DNA of 64,000 bases, taken from the IMG/VR virus record IMGVR_UViG_3300008107_000014, positions 51,208 through 115,207 of that record; one strand, written 5' to 3'. Source of the stretch: a virus. Under the pieces are notes generated by a model that saw only the letters and a program-made list of their open reading frames with translations, was not told the origin of the DNA and searched no databases. The position numbers and the translations under genes were made by a program. Position 1 is the stretch's first letter. The number at the start of each line of letters is the position of its first letter. Below, in pieces: positions 35,200-44,625 of the stretch.

Positions 35200-35973
35200 T
35201 TATCTTCCGATATATATTTTAGGTTCTGCTTCAGAACGACGTCGTTCTTCATTTTTAGGAAACAGATCATCGCCATATTGCGGATATTTTCTCGAACGAT
35301 CGTAGGCTACCCACATAAACAATGCACCCATAGCAAGGATTATTATCATAATAGCAATCCCTACAATAAATTCACTCTGTAATTGCTTTAATCTAGCATT
35401 CCTGCGTCGATCCTCAATTGCCTGCCTCTTCATCTGTTGGGTTATAAGAACCTTCTGTTCCAACCCCATCTTTTTCATCATAGCATTTACATCAGTCCAT
35501 AATGCGCCTAGTTCTGGTGGACTTTGGTAAATCATGATTTCTTGTAATTCTGTACCCATTTGTTCCAATTGTTTTTTCATTAGAACACGCTGTAAGGCAC
35601 GTTTTGCTAGACTGTCGTCGCCTGTGTAAACCTGAGTCTTGCTACGCTTTTCTTCTTCTTCAAACACTGCCATGCACTTGTAGAAATTATCATAGTATAC
35701 GCCTAGATGATTGCCTATTTCTGTGTAAATGGATGTGGTTTCTTCGCTGCGCTTGTTTAGATCTTTAACACGAGCTTTTTCTTCTTGTAACTGTTTCTTT
35801 GCTTCTGGTGGAACTGGTTTACCATCATACATTTTGTGGAACTGGGAATCAAGGTCTTTTAATACATCCTTGACTTCTCCTGCTGCACCCTTTATGTCCT
35901 TGTATAGTTTACATCCTGCTTTGACAGCAGAAACTGCACCATTAGCAAGGGCAAATAGGGTTAGTGGATCCAC
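35200..35973 (-). CDS. coiled-coil membrane protein
   Basis: 257 aa, C-terminal TM, GTG start with AGGAG. Confidence 0.7.
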   Translation of the reverse strand: MDPLTLFALANGAVSAVKAGCKLYKDIKGAAGEVKDVLKDLDSQFHKMYDGKPVPPEAKKQLQEEKARVKDLNKRSEETTSIYTEIGNHLGVYYDNFYKCMAVFEEEEKRSKTQVYTGDDSLAKRALQRVLMKKQLEQMGTELQEIMIYQSPPELGALWTDVNAMMKKMGLEQKVLITQQMKRQAIEDRRRNARLKQLQSEFIVGIAIMIIILAMGALFMWVAYDRSRKYPQYGDDLFPKNEERRRSEAEPKIYIGR

Positions 35974-35985
35974 ACCCTTGGCTCC

Positions 35986-36549
35986 TTAGAACCAAAGGAA
36001 CAGACCATTTAGACTCAATAGTATACCAAACCCTGCTACTGCAAAACTACCCCAGAACATGGCCATGCTTACTGCTAAAATACTTGCAGATAACACAACA
36101 ATGGCTAACTGGTAAGCTGTACTTGCGTATCCAATCCATGGACTAGACTTTTTAGCTTCTTCACGTAGGGCTTCCATTTCTCTTGCTTTGACAGCAATTT
36201 CTTTCTTGTCAGCATCCATGCGTTCTTTTTCAGCTAGAAATTCTGCTTTAATTTTTGGATCAGCAGTTGTTTTAGCAGCAATTTCGTAGCTAACGCCACG
36301 ACCTGCTTTGGCTTGATACTGTGCCCATGTGTTATTAGCACCCAGTGTATTGTTTAATACTGTACTAGATAACTTGCCACCGTACCATGCGTTAACTGCT
36401 AGTAACAATGCAAATATGGAAATAACCATACCCGCTTTGTCTTTTAGTTTTGCTTCACGCTCTGAACGTGATCCAATCGGAGGCTTTGGTGCGTCCGGAT
36501 CTTTTGGTTGTTTGTTGATTAGATTTAATACGCTGTCTATTAATGCCAT
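35986..36549 (-). CDS. DUF4337-like membrane protein
   Basis: TM, WAQYQAK, coiled coil, YQLAIVVLSASIL TM pair. Confidence 0.65.
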   Translation of the reverse strand: MALIDSVLNLINKQPKDPDAPKPPIGSRSEREAKLKDKAGMVISIFALLLAVNAWYGGKLSSTVLNNTLGANNTWAQYQAKAGRGVSYEIAAKTTADPKIKAEFLAEKERMDADKKEIAVKAREMEALREEAKKSSPWIGYASTAYQLAIVVLSASILAVSMAMFWGSFAVAGFGILLSLNGLFLWF

Positions 36550-36572
36550 GTTCGCTCCTGCTTAATATACTA

Positions 36573-37193
36573 CTATTTAACTGATTCGAAGATTTTCTTC
36601 TGCTCTCTATACCATTCTTGCCATGCACTTAGCTTTTCTCTTACTTCGTTACAGGTTCCGTAGTTTTGGACGACTGTGTCGAGGAGTTCAGAGGCTTTAA
36701 CGGTGCTGGGGGTTCCATCAGTTGACTCGGCACGTCCGGCCACTTCATTACGACTGGCGCTGTCGTGCAAGCTGACAGTAGACTTAGGCAAAGTACACTG
36801 ATTATCAAGCTGCTTGCCTGCAACTTCTTTAATAACTTCTCTGTTGATATAAACATTTTCTTTAATCACCTTAACTTTAGTTACAACTTTGGTTTCGATA
36901 ACAGTGTTAACCTGTTGGCTCTTTTCTTCTGCTATTTTAACTTTTGCTTCTAATTCTTCAACTCTAGCCCGCCACGCCATTTCAGTACCGTAGCTGCCAA
37001 ACAAATATGTACCAACAACTAACACAGCTACGCCAATTAATTCTGCAGGCAACTTATACTGCCCCATTAACGGAATCCATGCAACTAATTTACTGGCAAT
37101 ATACAATCCGACACCCAATGTCATCAGTGCATATGTTATCCAAATAAAAATACTATCCGGAATAAGACTTATCATCCATCCGAGTTGATGCAT
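36573..37193 (-). CDS. Rz-like inner-membrane spanin
   Basis: N-terminal TMs, periplasmic coiled coil, two Cys; directly after the endolysin. Confidence 0.75.
   Translation of the reverse strand: MHQLGWMISLIPDSIFIWITYALMTLGVGLYIASKLVAWIPLMGQYKLPAELIGVAVLVVGTYLFGSYGTEMAWRARVEELEAKVKIAEEKSQQVNTVIETKVVTKVKVIKENVYINREVIKEVAGKQLDNQCTLPKSTVSLHDSASRNEVAGRAESTDGTPSTVKASELLDTVVQNYGTCNEVREKLSAWQEWYREQKKIFESVK
36641..36856 (-). CDS. Rz1-like outer-membrane lipoprotein spanin, embedded out of frame in Rz
   Basis: Hydrophobic signal with lipobox LLSA-C, then Pro-rich (WPDVPSQLMEPPAPLKP). Confidence 0.75.
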   Translation of the reverse strand: MFISTEKLLKKLQASSLIISVLCLSLLSACTTAPVVMKWPDVPSQLMEPPAPLKPLNSSTQSSKTTEPVTK

Positions 37194-37195
37194 AA

Positions 37196-37825
37196 TTAAT
37201 GAGCTCCAAATATATGCAATGCATGTTCATAATGTTTAATACGATCTTCTAGGCCAATGTAACCGCCATTGATTTTTCTTGTCATTGTTTTAATGTCGCC
37301 TGCATCTGCTTCTTTATTCAAACCAGTGCTTTCCCAGAAATAGCAAGCAGACTGGACTGCGCCTTCAAATGTTTGTAGATATTCTGAACATTCTTCAACA
37401 GAAATATCTAAGCTACCGGCAAACAACGTATAGTTGTTTTTACCAGTCAGTTGAATTAACCCCCGCCCACAATAGCGATATCCGTCTCCGCTTTCTTCTG
37501 GACCGTTGCCCATGCGGTTAGCATAGACTCTATTGGCAATCATTTCGCCTTTGTTTGCATAACGTGCCGCAGTTGCATCGTCAGTGAAGTACTTGGGAAA
37601 TACCTTACGTAGACTTGCAGCTTTATAATTTAGATTTTCTTTTAAAAATTTAAAACCGCCAGATTCGTGAGCGCATTGAGCTAAGAATGCTGCTACACGG
37701 TGCGGTGTATTAATTTCATACTCTGGTAAAATATCGCATAGTGCTTCGTACCAGTGATCAACATATTGATTGCCTGGAATTACCTGTGCTAGTTGTTGTT
37801 TTTTAAATTCAAATGTAAAACTCAT
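37196..37825 (-). CDS. GH19 endolysin
   Basis: FLAQCAHESGG, ENLNY, YANRMGNG, GRGLIQLTGKNNY, INGG. Confidence 0.9.
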   Translation of the reverse strand: MSFTFEFKKQQLAQVIPGNQYVDHWYEALCDILPEYEINTPHRVAAFLAQCAHESGGFKFLKENLNYKAASLRKVFPKYFTDDATAARYANKGEMIANRVYANRMGNGPEESGDGYRYCGRGLIQLTGKNNYTLFAGSLDISVEECSEYLQTFEGAVQSACYFWESTGLNKEADAGDIKTMTRKINGGYIGLEDRIKHYEHALHIFGAH

Positions 37826-38580
37826 GTTAGTTTCTCCAATACTAAAGACTCGTTCTTATTCTTTAATAAGAACTGTTCACCAATTTTAGTAATACCATAG
37901 TCGCCTAGAACCTTGGTTAACCAAAATACTTCTCCCATGCTTGCTGAATCGAGTTGAATGTTTACTGCTGTGTTTTCTAAAATGTTTTTTGCTGTATCTT
38001 CTGGAACTAGTTTAAATTTAAGTTGCTGATTAAATGGCTTGTGAATAGTAATAACATTTCCATCTAATGTTAAATCATCCATTAATGTTTTGCTAAAGAA
38101 TTTTTTAATGCCTTCGGTTTTAACTTTGGTCATAAGTCCGTCATATTCTTGAGGATTATTAGGAACAAAGTTTTCTAAGGCTTGCTCGTCAATCTTGTGA
38201 GTGGTAAAGTTTTTGTGATATCTAAAACCCCACTCACTTGTATCTGTTAATCGTTTTAGTCCTTCGATAATTTCTTTAATTTGATCGTGCAATTTATCTT
38301 TACGCTCTAGTTCGACGAATACAGTGTATCCGCCGTCCATGTCTTCTCCGCTGCTAACGTCTGCGTCTAAAACAAAACTGTAGCCTCTCTCAATAAATTC
38401 CATCATGTCTTTTGCTGGCAATCTATCTTTAACAGAGAAGCTTAGTACACAGACATCACGGTCTTCTCCCATCTTACTACGATGGCGATCGATTTCGAAC
38501 ATTGGTTCGATGAGATTGTTTAAATCTCCCGGACGAAGTCCTTCGTTAAGCTGCTGGTGCTGCTGCTTCTGGTTGTGCAT
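37822..38580 (-). CDS. hypothetical (probably structural) protein
   Basis: 252-aa ORF in a late block. Confidence 0.65.
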   Translation of the reverse strand: MHNQKQQHQQLNEGLRPGDLNNLIEPMFEIDRHRSKMGEDRDVCVLSFSVKDRLPAKDMMEFIERGYSFVLDADVSSGEDMDGGYTVFVELERKDKLHDQIKEIIEGLKRLTDTSEWGFRYHKNFTTHKIDEQALENFVPNNPQEYDGLMTKVKTEGIKKFFSKTLMDDLTLDGNVITIHKPFNQQLKFKLVPEDTAKNILENTAVNIQLDSASMGEVFWLTKVLGDYGITKIGEQFLLKNKNESLVLEKLT

Positions 38581-39091
38581 TTTGAATATCCTGTACTTGT
38601 TGTTCTACGTTATCTTGTTCTAATTGCATACCTGCACGTTGGTCTAGTGCATCGTCGATTTTATTCTGATCTAATTCTTTGTAGCCTTGATCAATATCGT
38701 GCATTAATTTTTTCGGCATTGCAATTTCAACAATCCATACCGGCACCTGATCAATTTTTCCCTTGCGTGTACCTGGACGAATATCACCGGGAGTACGAAT
38801 TTTTCGTACTTTAGAAATTGATTCTTCGGAATAGTTAATTCTGCAGCCGTAATCAGTTAGGCGTTTTGCAGCAATAGGGTTTGGCATCTTTTTATGAGGC
38901 CACATAAACTTGCAAGATACCCAATATCTTGACTCTTTAGGACCCTCAACAAGCTCGCCGTCGATCCAGTTTTCATAAACGTAGCAATCCAGTTCGTCAA
39001 CAACACGCTCAAAGTCTTTTAGCATCTTTAAACTGCTATTAGAACCGTATATTGTTTCAATGTTACGGATTACGTCTTTAATATCTAGCAT
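38546..39091 (-). CDS. hypothetical (probably structural) protein
   Basis: 181 aa, TAAATA upstream, GGAGA SD. Confidence 0.7.
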   Translation of the reverse strand: MLDIKDVIRNIETIYGSNSSLKMLKDFERVVDELDCYVYENWIDGELVEGPKESRYWVSCKFMWPHKKMPNPIAAKRLTDYGCRINYSEESISKVRKIRTPGDIRPGTRKGKIDQVPVWIVEIAMPKKLMHDIDQGYKELDQNKIDDALDQRAGMQLEQDNVEQQVQDIQNAQPEAAAPAA

Positions 39092-39235
39092 AGAAATTCT
39101 CCCATTGTATTTATCGACGCAAAAAATTAACGTAACTTATAACTTTCTGTCCAAAACGTTAAATAACTTTGTGTTCGGTCCCGGGCACTACGGTCAGAAG
39201 GTCCGTGCCGAACGCATAAAATAGGAGGCTAACCT

Positions 39236-39973
39236 TTGAGAAAACAGAGAAAAACAGCTAGAAAGCTGGATGTAATGCACGAAGACGACAACAACGTTGT
39301 TCAGTTCAACAAGTATCTTCCAAGAAAGAAGAATCGCGTTTTAATTTCACCCAAGAACCTCAATCAAGAAAACTACCTACTTAAATTACAGGACGAGCAA
39401 AAAAATATTATTTTTGCAGTAGGTCCTGCCGGTACGGGCAAAACCATGATTGCGTGTCAATGGGCAGTAAAAATGCTGCATGAACAACAAATTGAAAGAA
39501 TCATTATAACCAGACCTGCTGTGAGTGTAGATGAGCAGCACGGGTTTTTACCAGGCGACCTAAATGAAAAAATGGCCCCTTGGACAAGACCCCTAATGGA
39601 TGTGTTCGAGGAATACTTCAATGCTAAAGAAATCGAAACTTTTATTCGTGAGGGGGTGATCGAGATTAGCCCTTTAGCATATATGAGGGGAAGGACTTTT
39701 AAGAATGCACTAGTAATTGCAGATGAAATGCAAAATGCCACACCTAGTCAAATGAAGATGCTGCTAACTAGGCTGGGCCAAGACTCTAGGATGATAATTA
39801 CGGGAGATTTGAATCAAGCAGACAGACCAACAACTAACGGCCTGCTAGAGTTTTTGAAATTATACGACAATTTTGATAATCATAGGTATGTTGACTTATG
39901 TCGATTTACAGCTAAAGACGTAGAACGCCACCAGGCGGTTAAGGAGATTTTAGCAATTTACGGCGACTCTTGA
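39236..39973 (+). CDS. phoH: PhoH-family ATPase
   Basis: GPAGTGKT, GFLPGD..EK, AYMRGRTF, DEMQN, TGD..Q.D. Confidence 0.95.
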   Translation: MRKQRKTARKLDVMHEDDNNVVQFNKYLPRKKNRVLISPKNLNQENYLLKLQDEQKNIIFAVGPAGTGKTMIACQWAVKMLHEQQIERIIITRPAVSVDEQHGFLPGDLNEKMAPWTRPLMDVFEEYFNAKEIETFIREGVIEISPLAYMRGRTFKNALVIADEMQNATPSQMKMLLTRLGQDSRMIITGDLNQADRPTTNGLLEFLKLYDNFDNHRYVDLCRFTAKDVERHQAVKEILAIYGDS

Positions 39974-40206
39974 GGTAAGTGGGGGGTCAATTGATCCCCC
40001 AACTGCCGTTTATAAAAATCAAGCATGTCCTCAAACCCTGCTTCAGGGTTTAGTCCATTCTTAACACATGTCTTATTTTTGAAGTCAAGTATAACCTTTG
40101 CTGTTTGTACATGACTGGTCTTAAGACTATTTTTGAACTCCGTTAGTTCATCCCACTTACCATTGGGTTTTTTAATATAGGTTACAATCATATACCGTGC
40201 TGTCAT
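39958..40206 (-). CDS. hypothetical protein
   Basis: 82-aa ORF downstream of the clamp loader. Confidence 0.6.
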   Translation of the reverse strand: MTARYMIVTYIKKPNGKWDELTEFKNSLKTSHVQTAKVILDFKNKTCVKNGLNPEAGFEDMLDFYKRQLGDQLTPHLPQESP

Positions 40207-40207
40207 A

Positions 40208-41122
40208 TTAAATCCTTGACAGCCGAATTAATGTAGCGGCTAGATTAATTTCCGGGTCACTTACTAGTCCGTGATCTGCAAGTCCTGCTTTAATAACCAA
40301 CAATGCAGAATCTTGTTTAGCATCATCACCAAATACTTGAATGTTATCGTACATCCATCGATACATGTCTTCCATTTCTTCTGCACGAAGTTTTCCGCAT
40401 AGCAATTTACGTGCTTCTGCAATACGCCCTGTTTTAAACAGGTCAATCATAGTAAACTTCCAGTCCATGTCAGCAGCATCTGCCTTGTTTGGAGGTACTA
40501 GTTTATCTTCATGAACACTTTGTTGAACTAAATTGATGCATTTACGCAGGTCTGGGTATGTAGAACTTATGTAGATGTCCAGTGTGTCTAAATCAAACTC
40601 AACATTTTCTTCAACAAGGATAGTTGCAACACGAGCAGTGAACTCTGTTTGATCAATTTTCTCAAAGTGAAATTGTTGGCACCGACTCTTAAGTGCATCC
40701 ATGATCATATGCGGCTTGTTGCAGGTTAAAATAAACCTTGCTGTGCTATGAAATTCTTCCATAACACCACGCATACTTGCCTGCGCTTCTTGTGTAAGAT
40801 AATCTGCTTCGTCTAGCAATACAACCTTAAACGGACCAAACGGAATCATTGATACAAAGTTTGTAATTGTATCACGAATAGTATCAATACCACGTTGACG
40901 GCTTGCGTTAATTTCTAATACATCGTAATCTTCAATGCCAATTTCGTGAATTAGCATTTTTGCCATGGTAGTTTTTCCAATGCCAGGCGGTCCACTTAGC
41001 AATAAGTGAGGAATACTTTTATCTTTGACCCAGGACTCAACAGTTTTACGTTGATTGTCATCACGCCATACATATCCGCCTAGTTTATTAGGACGGTATT
41101 TTTCTACCCATAGTTCTTTCAT
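40208..41122 (-). CDS. gp44: clamp loader ATPase (RFC small subunit / gp44)
   Basis: WVEKYRP, GPPGIGKT, EINAS, LDEAD, SRC. Confidence 0.92.
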   Translation of the reverse strand: MKELWVEKYRPNKLGGYVWRDDNQRKTVESWVKDKSIPHLLLSGPPGIGKTTMAKMLIHEIGIEDYDVLEINASRQRGIDTIRDTITNFVSMIPFGPFKVVLLDEADYLTQEAQASMRGVMEEFHSTARFILTCNKPHMIMDALKSRCQQFHFEKIDQTEFTARVATILVEENVEFDLDTLDIYISSTYPDLRKCINLVQQSVHEDKLVPPNKADAADMDWKFTMIDLFKTGRIAEARKLLCGKLRAEEMEDMYRWMYDNIQVFGDDAKQDSALLVIKAGLADHGLVSDPEINLAATLIRLSRI

Positions 41123-41310
41123 TCTTTTGCCTTATTAATAATGTCTTGTGTTATTGTACTATTTCTACTGTCAAAGAGCGAGCATTCATGTAATCTATCA
41201 GCACAGTTTCGGATATCGTCATGTAATTGACCTACGCCAATTTCTTCCGCCACTGTGCGAGCAATTTCGTGTAATGCAATTACTGCATCTACTAATTTAA
41301 GATTTCTCAT
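41119..41310 (-). CDS. hypothetical protein
   Basis: 63-aa ORF in the operon. Confidence 0.55.
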   Translation of the reverse strand: MRNLKLVDAVIALHEIARTVAEEIGVGQLHDDIRNCADRLHECSLFDSRNSTITQDIINKAKE

Positions 41311-42105
41311 TTATTTTCTGTGTTTTTTATTAATCGACTCGACTCGTTGCATTAATTCAAAGTCAAGACCTAGTTCTATGCTTTCCTCTATTATAGCAGC
41401 TATATCTTTAGGAAAGCAAGCACCGCCCCAACCAAATTGCCCATCGGGGCCAGGAACATCCATGTGACTCTTACCAATACGATCTTCATATGTAATCAGA
41501 GTTTTAACATCGTTCCAATCAATTCCCTCGGCATCTGCAAGCAATTTAAAATCATTCATGAACGTTACTTTTGTTGCCAGGTAACTGTTCATCATGTATT
41601 TGTATAGTGCGGCAGTTTTTATATCAGTAATAATAAATCTATCATGTGTAACTGATACACCAAGATGAATAACCTCTCGGGCCCTTACACACCAATCGTA
41701 TTGACCGCCTAGCACAAAATATTCTGTGTTCATGTAGTCGGTGAGGTTATTTGCAGCAGTTAAAAACTCTGGACAATGCACAATGTTAGGATATTCTTTT
41801 TGTAAACGTGCATATACACTAGGTGGAGCAGTTGTTTTACAGATGATTGGAATTTGTTTATTAATTAAAACAAACAATAATTTTTTGAGTGTTTGTTCTA
41901 GTATTGACGTGTCGCACTTACCGTTCTCTAGAGTAGAGTCTACACAGGGACTAGGAACACAGACAAATACTGCATCACAGTCTACAAATTTGTCTAAGTC
42001 AGCGGATGCTTTTAATTTTGGATCTCGAATAATAATATCCTGATCTCTGTGGGCCCAGGCAATTGCACCGCCCACATAACCAAATCCTATAATACCAATT
42101 CGCAT
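41311..42105 (-). CDS. UDP-glucose/GDP-mannose 6-dehydrogenase (lacking the C-terminal domain)
   Basis: GFGYVG, FVCVPSP, PEFL, KYMMNSYLATKVTFMN, GWGGACFPKD. Confidence 0.85.
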   Translation of the reverse strand: MRIGIIGFGYVGGAIAWAHRDQDIIIRDPKLKASADLDKFVDCDAVFVCVPSPCVDSTLENGKCDTSILEQTLKKLLFVLINKQIPIICKTTAPPSVYARLQKEYPNIVHCPEFLTAANNLTDYMNTEYFVLGGQYDWCVRAREVIHLGVSVTHDRFIITDIKTAALYKYMMNSYLATKVTFMNDFKLLADAEGIDWNDVKTLITYEDRIGKSHMDVPGPDGQFGWGGACFPKDIAAIIEESIELGLDFELMQRVESINKKHRK

Positions 42106-42107
42106 AG

Positions 42108-42344
42108 TTAAGACTTTAAAATCTTAATTATACGCTTTTGTTCTTGTTCAGTCAACCATTGTTCTTCGTCTGCAAAGGTGGGGCATTGTTTTAATGCTTC
42201 GTCTAACACAAATTTTAGTTGATACAGATCTTGTTTAGCATACCATTGCGTGTATCCGTCATTATACGGACTAATACAGGTAGCTGCTATTGCTCGGATT
42301 TGGGAGCTAACATCGCTAGCATCCCAGTTCTTTTTAAACCCCAT
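42108..42344 (-). CDS. hypothetical protein
   Basis: 78-aa ORF. Confidence 0.6.
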   Translation of the reverse strand: MGFKKNWDASDVSSQIRAIAATCISPYNDGYTQWYAKQDLYQLKFVLDEALKQCPTFADEEQWLTEQEQKRIIKILKS

Positions 42345-42703
42345 TACTTTTTAAGGAATGGTACCAGATTAGGTGCAACCCACCCAAGTGGTTTAAGAAC
42401 TTTACCGTCTTCACGCTTACGAACTTTGCCAGTATCTTTATCAATCTTAGCAAAATTAGTCTGCATAACTTCTTTCCATGCACCTTCGGCATCGAATCCT
42501 GCACTATGAATAGCACCTATAGTTACAACTAAGATATCAATTAGTGCATCTAGTTCAGCCTCCATGTCAAAGGCTTCTTGAAGTTCTTTAAATTCTTCAT
42601 CGATTAAACTCTTGTACATGTTGTACTGTGCTTCATCGAATGCGTCCACGCTTTGATCACACGCCCGCATGAACTTTTCTTGATCTCTAAAAGGGTTTGT
42701 CAT
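42344..42703 (-). CDS. MazG-like all-alpha NTP pyrophosphohydrolase
   Basis: LIDEEFKEL..ELDALIDILVV; N..K..REDGKVLKP. Confidence 0.85.
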   Translation of the reverse strand: MTNPFRDQEKFMRACDQSVDAFDEAQYNMYKSLIDEEFKELQEAFDMEAELDALIDILVVTIGAIHSAGFDAEGAWKEVMQTNFAKIDKDTGKVRKREDGKVLKPLGWVAPNLVPFLKK

Positions 42704-43092
42704 TTGTTTTCCAATCTATAAGCATCCACAGCCTGCGGAACGTCAAACGTTTTAGCAATATGAACACCGTCTGGTTTTTCTTTAGACCACATTAAAATAC
42801 ATTTAAGGTCCACCATTCGAATTGTTGTTGGTTCTAGATCTTCGTCTTCGGCATAATCAATGCCTCGAGTCCATCGACCGTGTTCAATAAGAATCCAGTC
42901 ACCAACTTCAAAGTCCTCTGTACTAGATGGACCCTTGGCATAAACTTGACCCCAACGAGGATATATACCGCGATCTTTTCCGTCATCGCCCATAATGACG
43001 ATCCCTCCGCTAGAATGCTGTTCGCCAAAGTGCATATTATGCACAATGACCTTGTCATTGATAGCGCGAAGCTTACCTCTAACTTTACCCAT
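42700..43092 (-). CDS. groES: GroES-like co-chaperonin
   Basis: LRAINDKVIV..GGIVI..GQVYAKGP..VGDWIL. Confidence 0.8.
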   Translation of the reverse strand: MGKVRGKLRAINDKVIVHNMHFGEQHSSGGIVIMGDDGKDRGIYPRWGQVYAKGPSSTEDFEVGDWILIEHGRWTRGIDYAEDEDLEPTTIRMVDLKCILMWSKEKPDGVHIAKTFDVPQAVDAYRLENK

Positions 43093-43094
43093 TA

Positions 43095-43322
43095 TTAGCC
43101 TTTCGTGCGTTTGCTGGTTTCTTCTTCGATTGCTCGAGCATTATCTTTATAATAATCTTTGAGAATATCTTCTCTTGTTCTGATAATTTTACCATTATCG
43201 CCAATCTCGTCTCCGCGAGCATTGACTTTCATATTTCCAATTGCAGGAGTTAATTCGTTCTTAATTGAAAGCTTCTCCATGTCAATTACCTTACCTTGCA
43301 TACTTGTATAAACATTACCCAT
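43095..43322 (-). CDS. hypothetical protein
   Basis: 75 aa, GNMKVNARGDEIG. Confidence 0.65.
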   Translation of the reverse strand: MGNVYTSMQGKVIDMEKLSIKNELTPAIGNMKVNARGDEIGDNGKIIRTREDILKDYYKDNARAIEEETSKRTKG

Positions 43323-43323
43323 T

Positions 43324-43803
43324 CTATTCTCCTTTGAAGAACTCGCCTATTGGCAGATTGTATTTAACACTATCTATCTTGTGTACCCCTATCAAATAGA
43401 GTACATAACTTGCTACACTACTTCCCCGCCCAACTCCCCAAACTATATTATTTTCTCTAAGAGTATCTACGATATATTTCATAACGTGTAATACATCGTA
43501 CATTCCGTGTTTTATGAATAACGTTAATTCCATGCTCACGCGATCAGTTTGTTCCGGAGTTGTGCAACACCCGTACAAATATTCTGTTAAGTTTGGATAA
43601 TAGTCATTGGGAATAAACCATTTAGAAATATCTATTTCTGTTACTGGTTTTGGATAATTTAAAAATTTTTCTGTTAGATTTTCAAAATACTGTGAAACAT
43701 CAACATTGTTTGAATCGTAGACGCAGTCATTAAGGACTTCTGGTCCAAAATTTAATACGCCTTCGATTAAGTCTTCGGTTGTGTTTACTGTATTAGTCGA
43801 CAT
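43324..43803 (-). CDS. stand-alone DNA polymerase III alpha (DnaE) fragment
   Basis: RVSMEL..F...IVDTLRENNIVWGVGRGSSVASYVLYLIGVHKIDSVKYNL; ends before the PDxD catalytic motif. Confidence 0.75.
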   Translation of the reverse strand: MSTNTVNTTEDLIEGVLNFGPEVLNDCVYDSNNVDVSQYFENLTEKFLNYPKPVTEIDISKWFIPNDYYPNLTEYLYGCCTTPEQTDRVSMELTLFIKHGMYDVLHVMKYIVDTLRENNIVWGVGRGSSVASYVLYLIGVHKIDSVKYNLPIGEFFKGE

Positions 43804-44029
43804 TAATTAATTGATCCAGGTCTCTATCTTGGCCACTTTGTAATTTGCTTCTAAAGCGATTACTTAGTTCACTTTTGTATATTGTAACAAAAGTAGAGAG
43901 CTGTGTCAACAATTCTTGGTTGCCCGTGCGGGCCGCTATGAAATATTTCTTTGTAAGATCTTGAAGGCGATCTTCAACTTCGTTGTCTTTTAATTGACTA
44001 AGATCGCCTTCAAATGGATGAAAAAACAT
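43793..44029 (-). CDS. hypothetical protein
   Basis: Likely start MFFHPF at 44029. Confidence 0.6.
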   Translation of the reverse strand: MFFHPFEGDLSQLKDNEVEDRLQDLTKKYFIAARTGNQELLTQLSTFVTIYKSELSNRFRSKLQSGQDRDLDQLINVD

Positions 44030-44625
44030 TAGACAAACGTTCCCACGTAGTTCAAAAAGATAGTGTTTGCATTGTTTGACCAAACTTCTATGATTACCGG
44101 ATTGGTTGCTGATGTTACCTTAACTGGATTTGGAAAACTAACAGTTGAATTTGTAGAAGTAGTTACAACACTGCGTTTAAAAGTTGTACCACCTTGAGCA
44201 ATCAGTGTAAGAGTTCTTTCGGTGCCGTCACCGTAGAGTTCTAAAGTAACTTTTCCGCAACCTACAGATGGAAAATTTAAGAATGCAACGTTAACACTAG
44301 CATCAAATCTATAAATTTGGTAATGCCCATTTAAGAAGTCAACGTTAGCAATGCCATCGACGGTAAATTCACTGCCAACAGTGCCGGCATTGTGAGCATA
44401 TTCTAGATTATTCTGTAAAACAGCATTTCTAATTTTAACGCCTGCAAAATCGTTGTCCGTATTTGTTCTAGCGGTATTAGCCTGTAAACTTGTAATTTCG
44501 TCATACGCATCGAGAAAGTTTTGTTTGATGGTATTAAAATTATCTCTAAAAGTTTGAGTATCGTTGTCCTGTCCTGCAATAGGGAAATTTTCGTTTATCC
44601 CTGCATAATTTATGTTACTAGTCAT
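44029..44625 (-). CDS. virion structural (baseplate/fibre) protein
   Basis: FPIAGQDNDTQTFRDNF N-terminus, beta-rich C-terminus. Confidence 0.65.
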   Translation of the reverse strand: MTSNINYAGINENFPIAGQDNDTQTFRDNFNTIKQNFLDAYDEITSLQANTARTNTDNDFAGVKIRNAVLQNNLEYAHNAGTVGSEFTVDGIANVDFLNGHYQIYRFDASVNVAFLNFPSVGCGKVTLELYGDGTERTLTLIAQGGTTFKRSVVTTSTNSTVSFPNPVKVTSATNPVIIEVWSNNANTIFLNYVGTFV

